Assembly (NCBI GenBank): GCA_965216315.1
Contig: CBDCFN010000016.1
Location: 544,001-608,000, forward strand
Length of the DNA stretch: 64,000 bases
Origin: a bacterium
GTDB lineage: Bacteria > UBA10199 > 2-02-FULL-50-16 > JAJFLM01
Direction of reading: 5' to 3'
Shown here: positions 30,465 to 39,591 of the stretch, one piece after another
Numbering within the stretch: the stretch's first letter is position 1
How the letters are laid out: the number at the start of each line of letters is the position of its first letter
Made by a program: the position numbers and the translations under genes
The notes under the pieces: generated by a model
Databases searched by the model: none
What the model saw: the letters and a program-made list of their open reading frames with translations, nothing else
What the model was told of the DNA's origin: nothing

Positions 30465-31283
30465 CTATCTGGTGCCTGAAGCGGCTCCATATTGCGAATC
30501 TTGTTTTAGAAGTTCTGCAAAGGGCGTTAAGTAAATTCCCTTAAGAGTTTGCCATTTCTCATCTGAGAGCTCTTTGATTCCGTATGTTATAAATTGATCT
30601 TCTGGTTTGATATAGGTTTTGAAAATCCGATCCCAGAACGAAAAGCCAGCACTGTAGTTACTATCATGTTCGCTTCTATCGACAGAATGGTGAATGCGGT
30701 GCATACGAGGTGTGACAAGTAGCCACCGCAATAATTGATCTTGCTTTTCACTTATTGAAATATTGCTGTGATGAAATGGAGTGATGACATGGATGAAGAT
30801 GAAATAAGCGATAGCATGGGTACCTCCGATACCAATAAAACCGAATGCAAGGGTTTTAATGAAAGTGGCGATTAACGCTTCAGCCGGATGAAAGCGAAAG
30901 GCTGTAGAGCCATCGACGAGCTGGTCGCTATGATGGGCGCGATGTAGTTTCCAGAGGAGAGGGAGCTTGTGATGTATTATGTGTAACCCGTAAACGACGA
31001 GATCCATAAGAAGAATGGTGAGAATGAATTCCAACCATTCTGGCCATTCGACCCAGTAACGCATTCCTAAATTGCTGTGCCGTTGTACCCAATAGGCAAC
31101 CCCTAGTGATCCTGCGAGTTCTAAGCTGGTGATTCCTTGGTTAATTACTTTAACGAAGAGATTTCGACTGATATGTCGAATGGCAGATTCACTCCGTTTG
31201 CGGAAAGGATAAAGGGCCTCCAGTCCTGCTAATAGGCAGACGTATGCAAGACTGGAGGCAACAATGAAGTTAAACGTTGTCAA
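30465..31283 (-). CDS. Fatty-acid hydroxylase / sterol desaturase family protein
   Basis: His boxes HIIHH, HRAHH, FHHSN, HRIHH; RFHPAE; SNY...WDRIF. Confidence 0.88.
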   Translation of the reverse strand: MTTFNFIVASSLAYVCLLAGLEALYPFRKRSESAIRHISRNLFVKVINQGITSLELAGSLGVAYWVQRHSNLGMRYWVEWPEWLEFILTILLMDLVVYGLHIIHHKLPLLWKLHRAHHSDQLVDGSTAFRFHPAEALIATFIKTLAFGFIGIGGTHAIAYFIFIHVITPFHHSNISISEKQDQLLRWLLVTPRMHRIHHSVDRSEHDSNYSAGFSFWDRIFKTYIKPEDQFITYGIKELSDEKWQTLKGIYLTPFAELLKQDSQYGAASGTR

Positions 31284-31286
31284 GCT

Positions 31287-31655
31287 CTATCGGGTATAGG
31301 TCTTAAATGTGCTATTAGGCATGACCCTCTTTTTGCCACTGAACTTCGCTTCAAGTTCTTTAATTTTGTAAAAAAGGAAGTGACTGAACGCTAATTGATA
31401 GTCAATGTCACTTTTTAATTCAAGGGCTTGCTTATCGGTTTGCTGAGCCCAGACAGTGAACTCTCTTTTTAGCTGGTCATCATTCTTGAATTTGTAGCCA
31501 GCCCAATTACCTAATGACGCGACTATATCTATCTGACCCGCTGGTGATCCATAGTAATAAGCGCGAATTGTGCTTGAGCTTAGAGTAATAGCTCCCAAGA
31601 CGAAGCCTCCGATGAATGTGACGGCTAGAACAAGTGATTTAAAACGAAATTGCAT
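31287..31655 (-). CDS. Hypothetical exported protein
   Basis: GAGGAGG RBS and N-terminal hydrophobic segment. Confidence 0.6.
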   Translation of the reverse strand: MQFRFKSLVLAVTFIGGFVLGAITLSSSTIRAYYYGSPAGQIDIVASLGNWAGYKFKNDDQLKREFTVWAQQTDKQALELKSDIDYQLAFSHFLFYKIKELEAKFSGKKRVMPNSTFKTYTR

Positions 31656-31810
31656 GATTCCTCCTCAGCTAGATACAGATGGTGTTAAGTTGTGACTGTA
31701 GATTGTACCTGATCAGCCTGGCTCCAAGCGCCAATGCCGAATTGGCTGGCGTTGACGCGTTGTGGCATTAAATTGACAGGGTGGCGGAGATAGGCTAGAA
31801 CCGGCCGGTT

Positions 31811-32215
31811 ATGCCCAAGGGCCTCCGCCATAGAAGCGTGGTTTTCCTACTCTTTCTCGCCATTACGGGGGGCAATGCCTTGCCCTACGCCCATGCCTTT
31901 CAAGAGGCGACCAAGGTCCAGTTCAGCTGTCATTGCTGTGATCATGGTAAGGCTGACTGTGATCACTGTGCTCGTTTTGGTCACAAGCTGGACGAAAAGG
32001 CCAAGCAGAAGCAAGCACCGGTCTTTGAGGCGACGCCTTGTTCCAAGCAGCAGCAAAAGGCGCAGACCTATTCGTTTTTAATGGAACCGTTTTTACAACC
32101 GCAACTTAATGAATTGAGTTGCGAGTGGAGTTCCTGGGAGCTGTCGAAGGCAACCGGGCACTTATCATCCTATCTGTTGATTCCACCGACTCCACCGCCG
32201 CAAATCCTTTCCTGA
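31811..32215 (+). CDS. Exported Cys/His-rich protein with C-terminal Pro tract (DUF2946/CutF/CruR-like leader)
   Basis: Signal peptide ending AHA, CHCCDH..DCDHC, C-terminal IPPTPPP; first gene of the operon. Confidence 0.6.
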   Translation: MPKGLRHRSVVFLLFLAITGGNALPYAHAFQEATKVQFSCHCCDHGKADCDHCARFGHKLDEKAKQKQAPVFEATPCSKQQQKAQTYSFLMEPFLQPQLNELSCEWSSWELSKATGHLSSYLLIPPTPPPQILS

Positions 32216-32260
32216 GTTTAAGAAGATTTTGGCGAATATTAATTAACAACGGAGCAAGGA

Positions 32261-33109
32261 ATGCGCGCATTTTCGGTGTGCTGCGCGTTGTTGGTACTCG
32301 TCGTTTTTGTACCGACCGCGCAGGCGCATCATCCGGGCCATGCCGCGTCCAGTCGTGGAAGTGGGCAATACAGTCCCTTTCTGCTGGGATCCGGTGGTCC
32401 CAAGACAAGACTGACCTATACCTTTGACTGGAGTCATCTGGACAACAGTGCGGGTGACGTCTACCTGAACCAAATAGAAGGAGAATACTCCATCGTTGAC
32501 GGGTTCAGTGTCCTCTTGCGCGTGCCTATCTTGTCGCTGCAATTTAATTTTCGCCCTAGCAAGACGGGGATAGGGGATATTGCCTTCGGGATCAAAGGAC
32601 GTTTATTTCAAGACGATAAACACAGTTTGATGCTCGGCAATGATGTCTCTTTTCCAACCGGCAATCGAAACAATGGGACGGGGTCCGGAGCGGTGATTAC
32701 CTCACCGTATCTGGCTTATCAGTACGATTTTGGGTTCCTGCAAGCTTATGGGAGCGTGGGGACTAGTTTTGAGCTGGACAATAATCCTGAGCCGTCATTG
32801 TTGCCGAGCGCCGGTGTATCTATCCCGCTCTTGAAGCAAGGTATTCCACTAACCGCCTTTGTAAGCCTGCGTGGGCAAATTCTGTTCGCGGATGAGACCT
32901 TTCAACGAGGGAGCAGCAAAGTTTATCTCATGCCGGGGCTCATTATTTATCCTCTGGAAAATAAGCGGCTGAGTCTCGTCGTTTCGGGAACCGTCTCGAT
33001 TATCGATACATTAAAGGTGAAGTCGGGTGTCACATTAAATAACGACAGTCTAGCACTTTCACAGGATATTCTGGCTGGGGCGACGTTGCAAATAAACTAT
33101 TCATTCTAG
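32261..33109 (+). CDS. Outer-membrane beta-barrel transporter (MetA-pathway-like) with N-terminal HHPGH
   Basis: Signal peptide, GIGDI, FPTG...GTGSG, terminal YSF. Confidence 0.7.
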   Translation: MRAFSVCCALLVLVVFVPTAQAHHPGHAASSRGSGQYSPFLLGSGGPKTRLTYTFDWSHLDNSAGDVYLNQIEGEYSIVDGFSVLLRVPILSLQFNFRPSKTGIGDIAFGIKGRLFQDDKHSLMLGNDVSFPTGNRNNGTGSGAVITSPYLAYQYDFGFLQAYGSVGTSFELDNNPEPSLLPSAGVSIPLLKQGIPLTAFVSLRGQILFADETFQRGSSKVYLMPGLIIYPLENKRLSLVVSGTVSIIDTLKVKSGVTLNNDSLALSQDILAGATLQINYSF

Positions 33110-33149
33110 TGTTTGTTACAATAAAGCACCTTTATTGTTTACAAACACT
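33108..33149. other. AT-rich intercistronic hairpin
   Basis: agtgtttgt/acaaacact and acaataaag/ctttattgt stems. Confidence 0.5.
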
Positions 33150-33202
33150 TGTGCCGAGTCATTTTTTGGAATGTAAAACATAAAGGTGCTAGGAGAATCA
33201 CA

Positions 33203-34051
33203 ATGAAATCGCTTGTTTCAAAATTAATACTACTTATCACGGCTGTTACATTAAGTGCGTGCAGTGGTGACCCGCTCGTGTCAAACGCGAGCACTTCACT
33301 GGATTTGTTTGTGGCTCATGTGCAGATTGTGCATCACCCGACCCCAAACGCGGACGGTAGTTTTCCGGATTATGATGCGGTTGACGGTAAGGAATTCGAA
33401 AATGACCTGGGTTACACGATTGAGTTGCATGACGGTGCTTTAAGCTTCCACACGCTGACGCTCGTCTCGGGAGGGGATGACCCTGACTGTATTGAGGGCC
33501 ATGATCAAGAGGTGCATCTCAATCTGACCGAGTCATTGGTCGGTGAAGATCTGTTAATATCGAGCTTGGGAACTCATGGAATTGAAGATCGTGCTTACTG
33601 CCAATATGAGCTCATTCTCGGCGCTGTTGATCACGACCATCCGGCTCTTATGCAGGCACTCCATGATGCCGCTGAGGACGAACATGATCATGATGTGACA
33701 GCTTCCGACGGTGCGGACAACCTGACGGACGAACACGCAGATACGGCGGTATACTTGTCAGGGCATTGGTCCAAGGTCGGTAGTAATGGTGAATTTACGA
33801 TTATGATAGCTGATGAGGTTACCGCATCGGCTGCTTTTAAGGCCAAAGTTGACGGAGTCAGTGAAGCGCATCCCATTCACTTTCATGAAGGCGAAACAGA
33901 GCTTACTATCACCTTTGGAACCAAATACGATAAGCTTTTTGAAGGGGTCGATTTTGAGACCGACTCTGCAGCTGAGATAAAACAACAAGTTATTGCCAAT
34001 ATCCAAGCCGGTGCGGTTCATCAGCATCTGGGTAGTTCACATAGCAGCTAA
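33203..34051 (+). CDS. His/acidic-rich lipoprotein, probable metal-binding (MbnP-like)
   Basis: AGGAG RBS, lipobox LSAC, HDHP/HDHD/HPIHFH/HQH clusters. Confidence 0.6.
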   Translation: MKSLVSKLILLITAVTLSACSGDPLVSNASTSLDLFVAHVQIVHHPTPNADGSFPDYDAVDGKEFENDLGYTIELHDGALSFHTLTLVSGGDDPDCIEGHDQEVHLNLTESLVGEDLLISSLGTHGIEDRAYCQYELILGAVDHDHPALMQALHDAAEDEHDHDVTASDGADNLTDEHADTAVYLSGHWSKVGSNGEFTIMIADEVTASAAFKAKVDGVSEAHPIHFHEGETELTITFGTKYDKLFEGVDFETDSAAEIKQQVIANIQAGAVHQHLGSSHSS

Positions 34052-34057
34052 TTTTGC

Positions 34058-34091
34058 AGCCCCTGCCGCTCTAAGGATAGCGGCAGGGGCT
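34058..34091 (+). terminator. 13-bp GC-rich hairpin closing the metal-uptake operon
   Basis: agcccctgccgct-8 nt-agcggcaggggct. Confidence 0.65.
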
Positions 34092-34142
34092 CATATAGCG
34101 ATTTAAATCAAAGGCCACTGATGGTATAAGAACTATCAGTCT

Positions 34143-36461
34143 ATGCTCTCTGCTCTTATCCGCCTTATCATTGATAATCCGAAGAAAATTCTTTGTGTTG
34201 CCTTTGGTGTCACGCTCCTATTGGGCTACTTTATTCCAGGCCTCAAATTAGAAAGCTCTGCCAGCCAACTTTATCCCTCAAAAAAGAGTGCAGAACGTCG
34301 CCTTTTTGAGCGTGTTGATCAGGAATTCGGAGAAGAGGCTGCGATGGTTGTCGTGTTCAAAAGTGAAGATATCTTTCGTGTAGGTACGCTGCGCAAATTG
34401 AGGGAGATTACTGAAGAGATTGAATCCTGGGATGCCGTCGATCGCGTTGACAGCCTGGCCACGGCACAGCGCATTTCAAGCACAGAGGACTTGCTGAGCG
34501 CGGATGATTTTCTTGCCGAAATACCTGAGTCGGATGCTGCATTGGCGCTACTCAAGAAGGATATTAATGAAAGTATTATCTACGGTGGTCGCTTGGTCTC
34601 TGAGGATAATCGCATGACGATTGTCAATGTTATCATGAAGCCAACAGAAGACATCCAATTGAAGAGCCGCGTGTCGCAGCGTCTCCATGAGTTGATCGAA
34701 AAACACCAAGGGCCTGAGGAGATTTTTATAACCGGACCGTCGGAATGGAATGTCGCCATGACCCACATACTCAACCGGGAACTGAAATATTTTGCTCCCA
34801 TGGTCGTGATTATCATGCTGATCATGCTGTTCTGCAATTTTAGGTCTTATATGGGTTTTGTCCTCCCTCTTTTTAGTGCTTGCGTTGGTATACTCTGGAC
34901 CTTAGGAATTATGGGGTTTACGAAAATTCCCCTGACAATGCTATCGGTGACATTGCCACCAGTGCTGGTGGCTGTTGGCTGCTCGTATGCTGTCTATGTG
35001 CTTTCAGCCTATTTCTATATGCACGCGGATGAAGCTGATATGGCGACACGGCTGGAGTCGGTTCTACGCCGCACCCTCTTAGCGATCATACTTTGTGGCG
35101 GGACAACGGTGCTCGGTTACTTTGGGCTTTGGATCAACGAGATACAACTTGTTGAGCAAATGGGTCTGGCGGCAATGATAGGTATTGTCTGTCTCTTGGT
35201 GATGACGACCTTTGTTCTGCCGAGCTTATTTGTTTTCTTGGGTGTTTCTCAGATGGCTAAAGAGGGTAGTGACGATCGTCCGCGCAAGATACCGCGTAAA
35301 AGCATCTTCTCGAGAATTCCTTACCTCTACCGCCATCATTCAGGTAAATTTGTTGTCTCCTTTGTCGTATTTACTTTATTTGTTATTTTTTTCATTCCGC
35401 GTCTTCGGATTGAAACCGATCCTGCGCGCTTTTTCCGTGAGAATTCCATTGTGAGGCAGAATCTAAACCAGCTGATGAATACAATGAATACGGGATACAA
35501 TATCCAGATTGTGATGCAAGGGGACAAGCCTGATTATTTCAAACACCCTGATATGCTCAAACGAATTGCCACAGCACAGCGCAAGATGTCGCTACTCCCA
35601 GGAGTTGGAAAGACGACATCATTGGCCGACTATATAATGATGATCAACCAGTCGTTCAATGAGAATGATCTGCAGCGTCGACGAATACCGGAGTCAGCGG
35701 ACGAATTGGCTCAGTACCTTCTGTTGTTCAATATCGCCGGGGCAAGCGATGATCTGTTTCGGACGGTCACTGAGGATTATGCTATGTCGCAGATACATGT
35801 GAATACCGGAATTGCAAACTCACGCAAGTTATTTGCGTTGACGGATCAAGCATTGGACTTGTGCAATAAAGAGTTTGAGGGGGTTCTTGAATGTCAAGCG
35901 ACAGGGTATACTCTGTTAACAACGAAGAGTTCGGAACAGTTGGCTCATGGTGTATTGAAGGGTTTTGCTGTGGCGATTGCCGTTATCATGATCCTTATGA
36001 TCACCTTGTTCAGATCTTTTAAGGTTGGCATGATTGCGATGATTCCCAATGTCATCCCGGTCCTTCTGCTTCTGGGAATTATGGGGGCTATGGGGATTCC
36101 TTTTAATGTTGCGACCTGCGTTACTGTGAGTTTGGCCTTAGCGATGGCCGTGGATGATACGGTACATTTCTTTGTTCATTTTTATATCGAGCTCAAGGAA
36201 TCAAATCATTATATGATTCGCCAAAACACAGGGGTTAAGAGGACTGAAGAACAATGGAAGGCCATGGTGAGCACCTGGCATCAGCTTTATCGCCCTATGA
36301 TGACGACGACCTTAACGATCATTATGGGCTTCTCAGTTCTTCTTTTTTCGGACCTCCTTCCCATCGCTTTCTTGGGTTTTCTCATGGCCTTGGCCATGAT
36401 ACTCGCGCTCGTGACGGATTTGATTTTGAGCCCGATTCTCTTGGTGTCGATAGCTATTTAG
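34143..36461 (+). CDS. MMPL/RND family lipid transporter (paralogue 1)
   Basis: Two TM bundles with periplasmic loops; MIPNVIP, AVDDTVHF, ELAQYLLLF. Confidence 0.88.
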   Translation: MLSALIRLIIDNPKKILCVAFGVTLLLGYFIPGLKLESSASQLYPSKKSAERRLFERVDQEFGEEAAMVVVFKSEDIFRVGTLRKLREITEEIESWDAVDRVDSLATAQRISSTEDLLSADDFLAEIPESDAALALLKKDINESIIYGGRLVSEDNRMTIVNVIMKPTEDIQLKSRVSQRLHELIEKHQGPEEIFITGPSEWNVAMTHILNRELKYFAPMVVIIMLIMLFCNFRSYMGFVLPLFSACVGILWTLGIMGFTKIPLTMLSVTLPPVLVAVGCSYAVYVLSAYFYMHADEADMATRLESVLRRTLLAIILCGGTTVLGYFGLWINEIQLVEQMGLAAMIGIVCLLVMTTFVLPSLFVFLGVSQMAKEGSDDRPRKIPRKSIFSRIPYLYRHHSGKFVVSFVVFTLFVIFFIPRLRIETDPARFFRENSIVRQNLNQLMNTMNTGYNIQIVMQGDKPDYFKHPDMLKRIATAQRKMSLLPGVGKTTSLADYIMMINQSFNENDLQRRRIPESADELAQYLLLFNIAGASDDLFRTVTEDYAMSQIHVNTGIANSRKLFALTDQALDLCNKEFEGVLECQATGYTLLTTKSSEQLAHGVLKGFAVAIAVIMILMITLFRSFKVGMIAMIPNVIPVLLLLGIMGAMGIPFNVATCVTVSLALAMAVDDTVHFFVHFYIELKESNHYMIRQNTGVKRTEEQWKAMVSTWHQLYRPMMTTTLTIIMGFSVLLFSDLLPIAFLGFLMALAMILALVTDLILSPILLVSIAI

Positions 36462-36474
36462 CCTGCACTTCGTG

Positions 36475-37059
36475 CTAAAAAGGGGCAGAAAAACCAACAC
36501 CCGCGGAGGTGTTATTGCCCTGCTGCGAAACAGTCGGCGTAATCGTAACCTTGGCTTTCTTTGGGATCGCCCAGCCAATAAGAGCTCCTACCGCGCCGCC
36601 AAAGAGGGCGCCGCCAAATCCACCAATTAGTGAGCCAGCCGCACGCATGGTGTCACAGTCCCCTGGATCACTGCTATTCTCACAGCCTGATAAGGCAAAG
36701 CCGAGACCGAGTGGGAGGCCGATGGCTGCAGCACCTATCCCCATGCCAGGGAGAGCGTAAGAGCCCACTCGTTCGTCAGAGGTACTGTTAATCCGTTCGA
36801 TGCTGTGGGCTGGATAGGCTGTGATTGCCTTATTGTCTTGCGACCGGACTATGAGTTGATCGTTTTGCGTGGCGAGCTGGGAGCCTTTTACCTTGAGCTC
36901 GGTCTCGCGGTTATGCAGCTTGATCGCGTAAGTTTTGCTCGGCTTAAAACGAGTCTGGGCTAAGGGTTGACTGATTTGGCGATGGGGTGCCGAGGCGCAC
37001 CCCGTCTGGATGCAGACAACTGTCAAAAGTAATATTGTTAAGTGCCGTGAAGTCTTCAT
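36475..37059 (-). CDS. Hypothetical lipoprotein with Gly-zipper TM pair
   Basis: QTGC lipobox-like; GMGIG and GGFGGALFGGAVG segments. Confidence 0.65.
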   Translation of the reverse strand: MKTSRHLTILLLTVVCIQTGCASAPHRQISQPLAQTRFKPSKTYAIKLHNRETELKVKGSQLATQNDQLIVRSQDNKAITAYPAHSIERINSTSDERVGSYALPGMGIGAAAIGLPLGLGFALSGCENSSDPGDCDTMRAAGSLIGGFGGALFGGAVGALIGWAIPKKAKVTITPTVSQQGNNTSAGVGFSAPF

Positions 37060-38000
37060 TGTTGGACCTCATCATTGTTTGAGAAGACGTTCGAACATGC
37101 CTCATCATTTTCGAGTAGGATCTCAGCATCCTCGATATTGACAATAGGGGCCGACTCACCGACATTGTCGCAAGTTTCATTGAGGCTACTGATGCATGCA
37201 TATAATGCGCTATCATTGACTTGAATTGACCCTTCGTTAATGGATTCTCGTACTTGCTGTGAGGAATAGGTATTGCCAATATCGGCAAGGCCGAGATTGC
37301 TCCAGTCGGGAACGGAAACGCCTCCATAATATTGGTTAAACGTACCGATGCATTGAGATAGCTCAAGCTCAGGATTGCAGCGCACGGTGGCGCTACAAAG
37401 GGAATTGATTAAATAATCAACAGCGCTCACGGTTTCTTCTTCCGTTTCAGGCTCTATTGGATCGATGGGCCCTTGAGGGAAAAGATCCGAGTCAACGCAA
37501 GCGGGAAAAGGATCTTGCCCGCAGAGCGGCGCATCCAGTGGAACGAGAAAAGGGCCGATGGCGCCACCAGTTTTGCAACTGGTACTGCTTAAATAGTACG
37601 AGTCTTTGTCGCTATCGTTTTGCCATGAGTCGTAGTAGCTAAAATGGCAGACCTGTCCATCTCTGAAACAATCACCATCGATAGAAGAGTCGGAAATTTC
37701 TGCCACGCAGACAATTTTATTACCACTTATCGATCCGTCCGCATCAGGGGCAAAATAGTAATTGCCATCTTGCCAGTTGAGCTGGGCCGAAAAGGTCAGT
37801 TCATTGTATTCGAGGACAATATTTTCCCCGGAGCCGGAGACCAGAAGGCTGTCCTCGTAGGGGTCATAGTCGTCATTTGCATAGGGGCTTCCTATCCAGG
37901 TGCTACCGGAACTCCAATCGTCAAGGACGTTACATCCTGACAGGATTAGAAAAAACGGAAGGCTTAAGAATCCAAGTTGCTTGAAAAAATTAACGGTCAT
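37056..38000 (-). CDS. Cys-rich acidic lipoprotein
   Basis: AAGGAG RBS, lipobox LSGC, many paired Cys. Confidence 0.7.
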   Translation of the reverse strand: MTVNFFKQLGFLSLPFFLILSGCNVLDDWSSGSTWIGSPYANDDYDPYEDSLLVSGSGENIVLEYNELTFSAQLNWQDGNYYFAPDADGSISGNKIVCVAEISDSSIDGDCFRDGQVCHFSYYDSWQNDSDKDSYYLSSTSCKTGGAIGPFLVPLDAPLCGQDPFPACVDSDLFPQGPIDPIEPETEEETVSAVDYLINSLCSATVRCNPELELSQCIGTFNQYYGGVSVPDWSNLGLADIGNTYSSQQVRESINEGSIQVNDSALYACISSLNETCDNVGESAPIVNIEDAEILLENDEACSNVFSNNDEVQQ

Positions 38001-38047
38001 TGCGTTCTCCTTTGCGGATGATGAAATTCATGTTTGCACAGAGATAA

Positions 38048-38063
38048 TGCAGGGTCCGTGCCA
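38048..38063 (-). promoter_or_regulatory. Sigma54 (-24/-12) promoter for the lipoprotein pair
   Basis: TGGCACG-GACC-CTGCA; AT-rich IHF-like tract and TCGA-rich repeats upstream; adjacent enhancer-binding regulator gene. Confidence 0.75.
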
Positions 38064-38196
38064 GCAAAGGCGCCGGAAGGAAAAGTCGAAAATATTTAAT
38101 AATTTTAAATGGTTAATGAGCTAGCGGCGTTGGCGAAGGGGATTGGGAGTATCGAATGATGCTCATGATCGTCGATTATCGTCGATGATCAACGAA

Positions 38197-39591
38197 CTAA
38201 ATCAGTCCGAATTTCTTAAGGCGATGGAAGAGGGTGCTGCGGGCGATGCCCATTTGGCGAGCGGCTGCGGCGATATTGCCATTGTTTTGTTTAAGTATCT
38301 CCGTGAGAGATGCTATTTGCTGCTGTTCGATTTGAGCACGAATCTTTGTGGGCTTAGCGATGTTCGCGATATCGATTTGTTCTGTTTGAAGAATTTGTTC
38401 TAGATTTAAGTGCAAATCATCGGCATCGATTTGGGTGCTCGGACTCAAGATCGCTGCCCGCTCGATGATGTTCTGCAACTCACGGACATTCCCAGGCCAG
38501 TCATAGCGTTTGAGCTGCTCGATTGCTGAATCTGCTAAGATAAGTTTACGTCCTATTTGTGATGCATATTTATCAAGAAAGTATTGAGCTAGTGATGGAA
38601 TGTCACCTATGCGTTCACGTAGTGGTGGTACCAAGATTGGAACAACATTGAGGCGATAATATAAATCCTCTCTAAAGGCTCCGTCTTTAACTGCTTTTTC
38701 TAGGTTTTTATTAGTTGCAGCGATAATCCGCGTGTCAATAGGGATCAGTTGGTTGCCACCTACGCGCTGGATTTCTCTTTCTTGCAATACGCGCAATAAC
38801 TTTACTTGGACGCTATCTGGAATCTCACCTAATTCATCCAGGAAAATAGTTCCACCCTGGGCTGCTTCAAATCTTCCGATGCGTGTCTTATTCGCTCCAG
38901 TGAAAGCGGCTTTTTCGTGGCCAAATAATTCGCTCTCAAGGACTGTCGTCGCGAGTGCAGCGCAATGTACCGGTATAAAGGTTTGTTTCCTACGTTGACT
39001 GTTTGCATGGACGGCGCGTGCGAGAATTTCTTTGCCGGTTCCGGTTTCTCCAAGAATGAGAACAGTAGAATCAGTAGGGGCGATCTTCTTAATTGTATCG
39101 ATAACATTTTTTAAACCGCTTGTTGCACCGATTAAACCGTCAAAATCGTAAATCTCGTGTATTTGTTCTTCCAGGGTGTCACTTCTGACTGCAAGCTCCT
39201 GAAGTTTTGCCATTCGTTCTTTGAAATTAATAAAAGCCTTTTCAATGATTGGCTTAAGCTCGCTTTTTCGCCACGGTTTAACGATATAATCATGAACGTG
39301 GCCGCGATTGATAGCATCGAGTAATAGTTGCGTTTCCGTATAGGCGGTTAGGATCATTCTGATGGAATTGGGACTGGCATCAATCAGCTTTTCACATAAC
39401 TCTATTCCGGTCATGCCTGGCATTCTTTGATCCGCAATGATCAAGGGGAATTCTTCCTGCTCTAGAATCGTGAGGGCTTCTGCTGCAGACAGACAGGTTT
39501 TGACTAAGTAATCGGACTGAAAAGCCCGCTTGAATGTATTTAGATTGGATTGTTCATCATCCACGTAAAGAATGGCCGGTCTAAAGGTCAT
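38197..39591 (-). CDS. Sigma54-dependent response regulator (NtrC/AtoC family)
   Basis: Receiver (YVDDE, DQRMP), GETGTGKE, ELFGHEKAAFTGA, FLDE, WPGNVREL, Fis HTH. Confidence 0.93.
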   Translation of the reverse strand: MTFRPAILYVDDEQSNLNTFKRAFQSDYLVKTCLSAAEALTILEQEEFPLIIADQRMPGMTGIELCEKLIDASPNSIRMILTAYTETQLLLDAINRGHVHDYIVKPWRKSELKPIIEKAFINFKERMAKLQELAVRSDTLEEQIHEIYDFDGLIGATSGLKNVIDTIKKIAPTDSTVLILGETGTGKEILARAVHANSQRRKQTFIPVHCAALATTVLESELFGHEKAAFTGANKTRIGRFEAAQGGTIFLDELGEIPDSVQVKLLRVLQEREIQRVGGNQLIPIDTRIIAATNKNLEKAVKDGAFREDLYYRLNVVPILVPPLRERIGDIPSLAQYFLDKYASQIGRKLILADSAIEQLKRYDWPGNVRELQNIIERAAILSPSTQIDADDLHLNLEQILQTEQIDIANIAKPTKIRAQIEQQQIASLTEILKQNNGNIAAAARQMGIARSTLFHRLKKFGLI

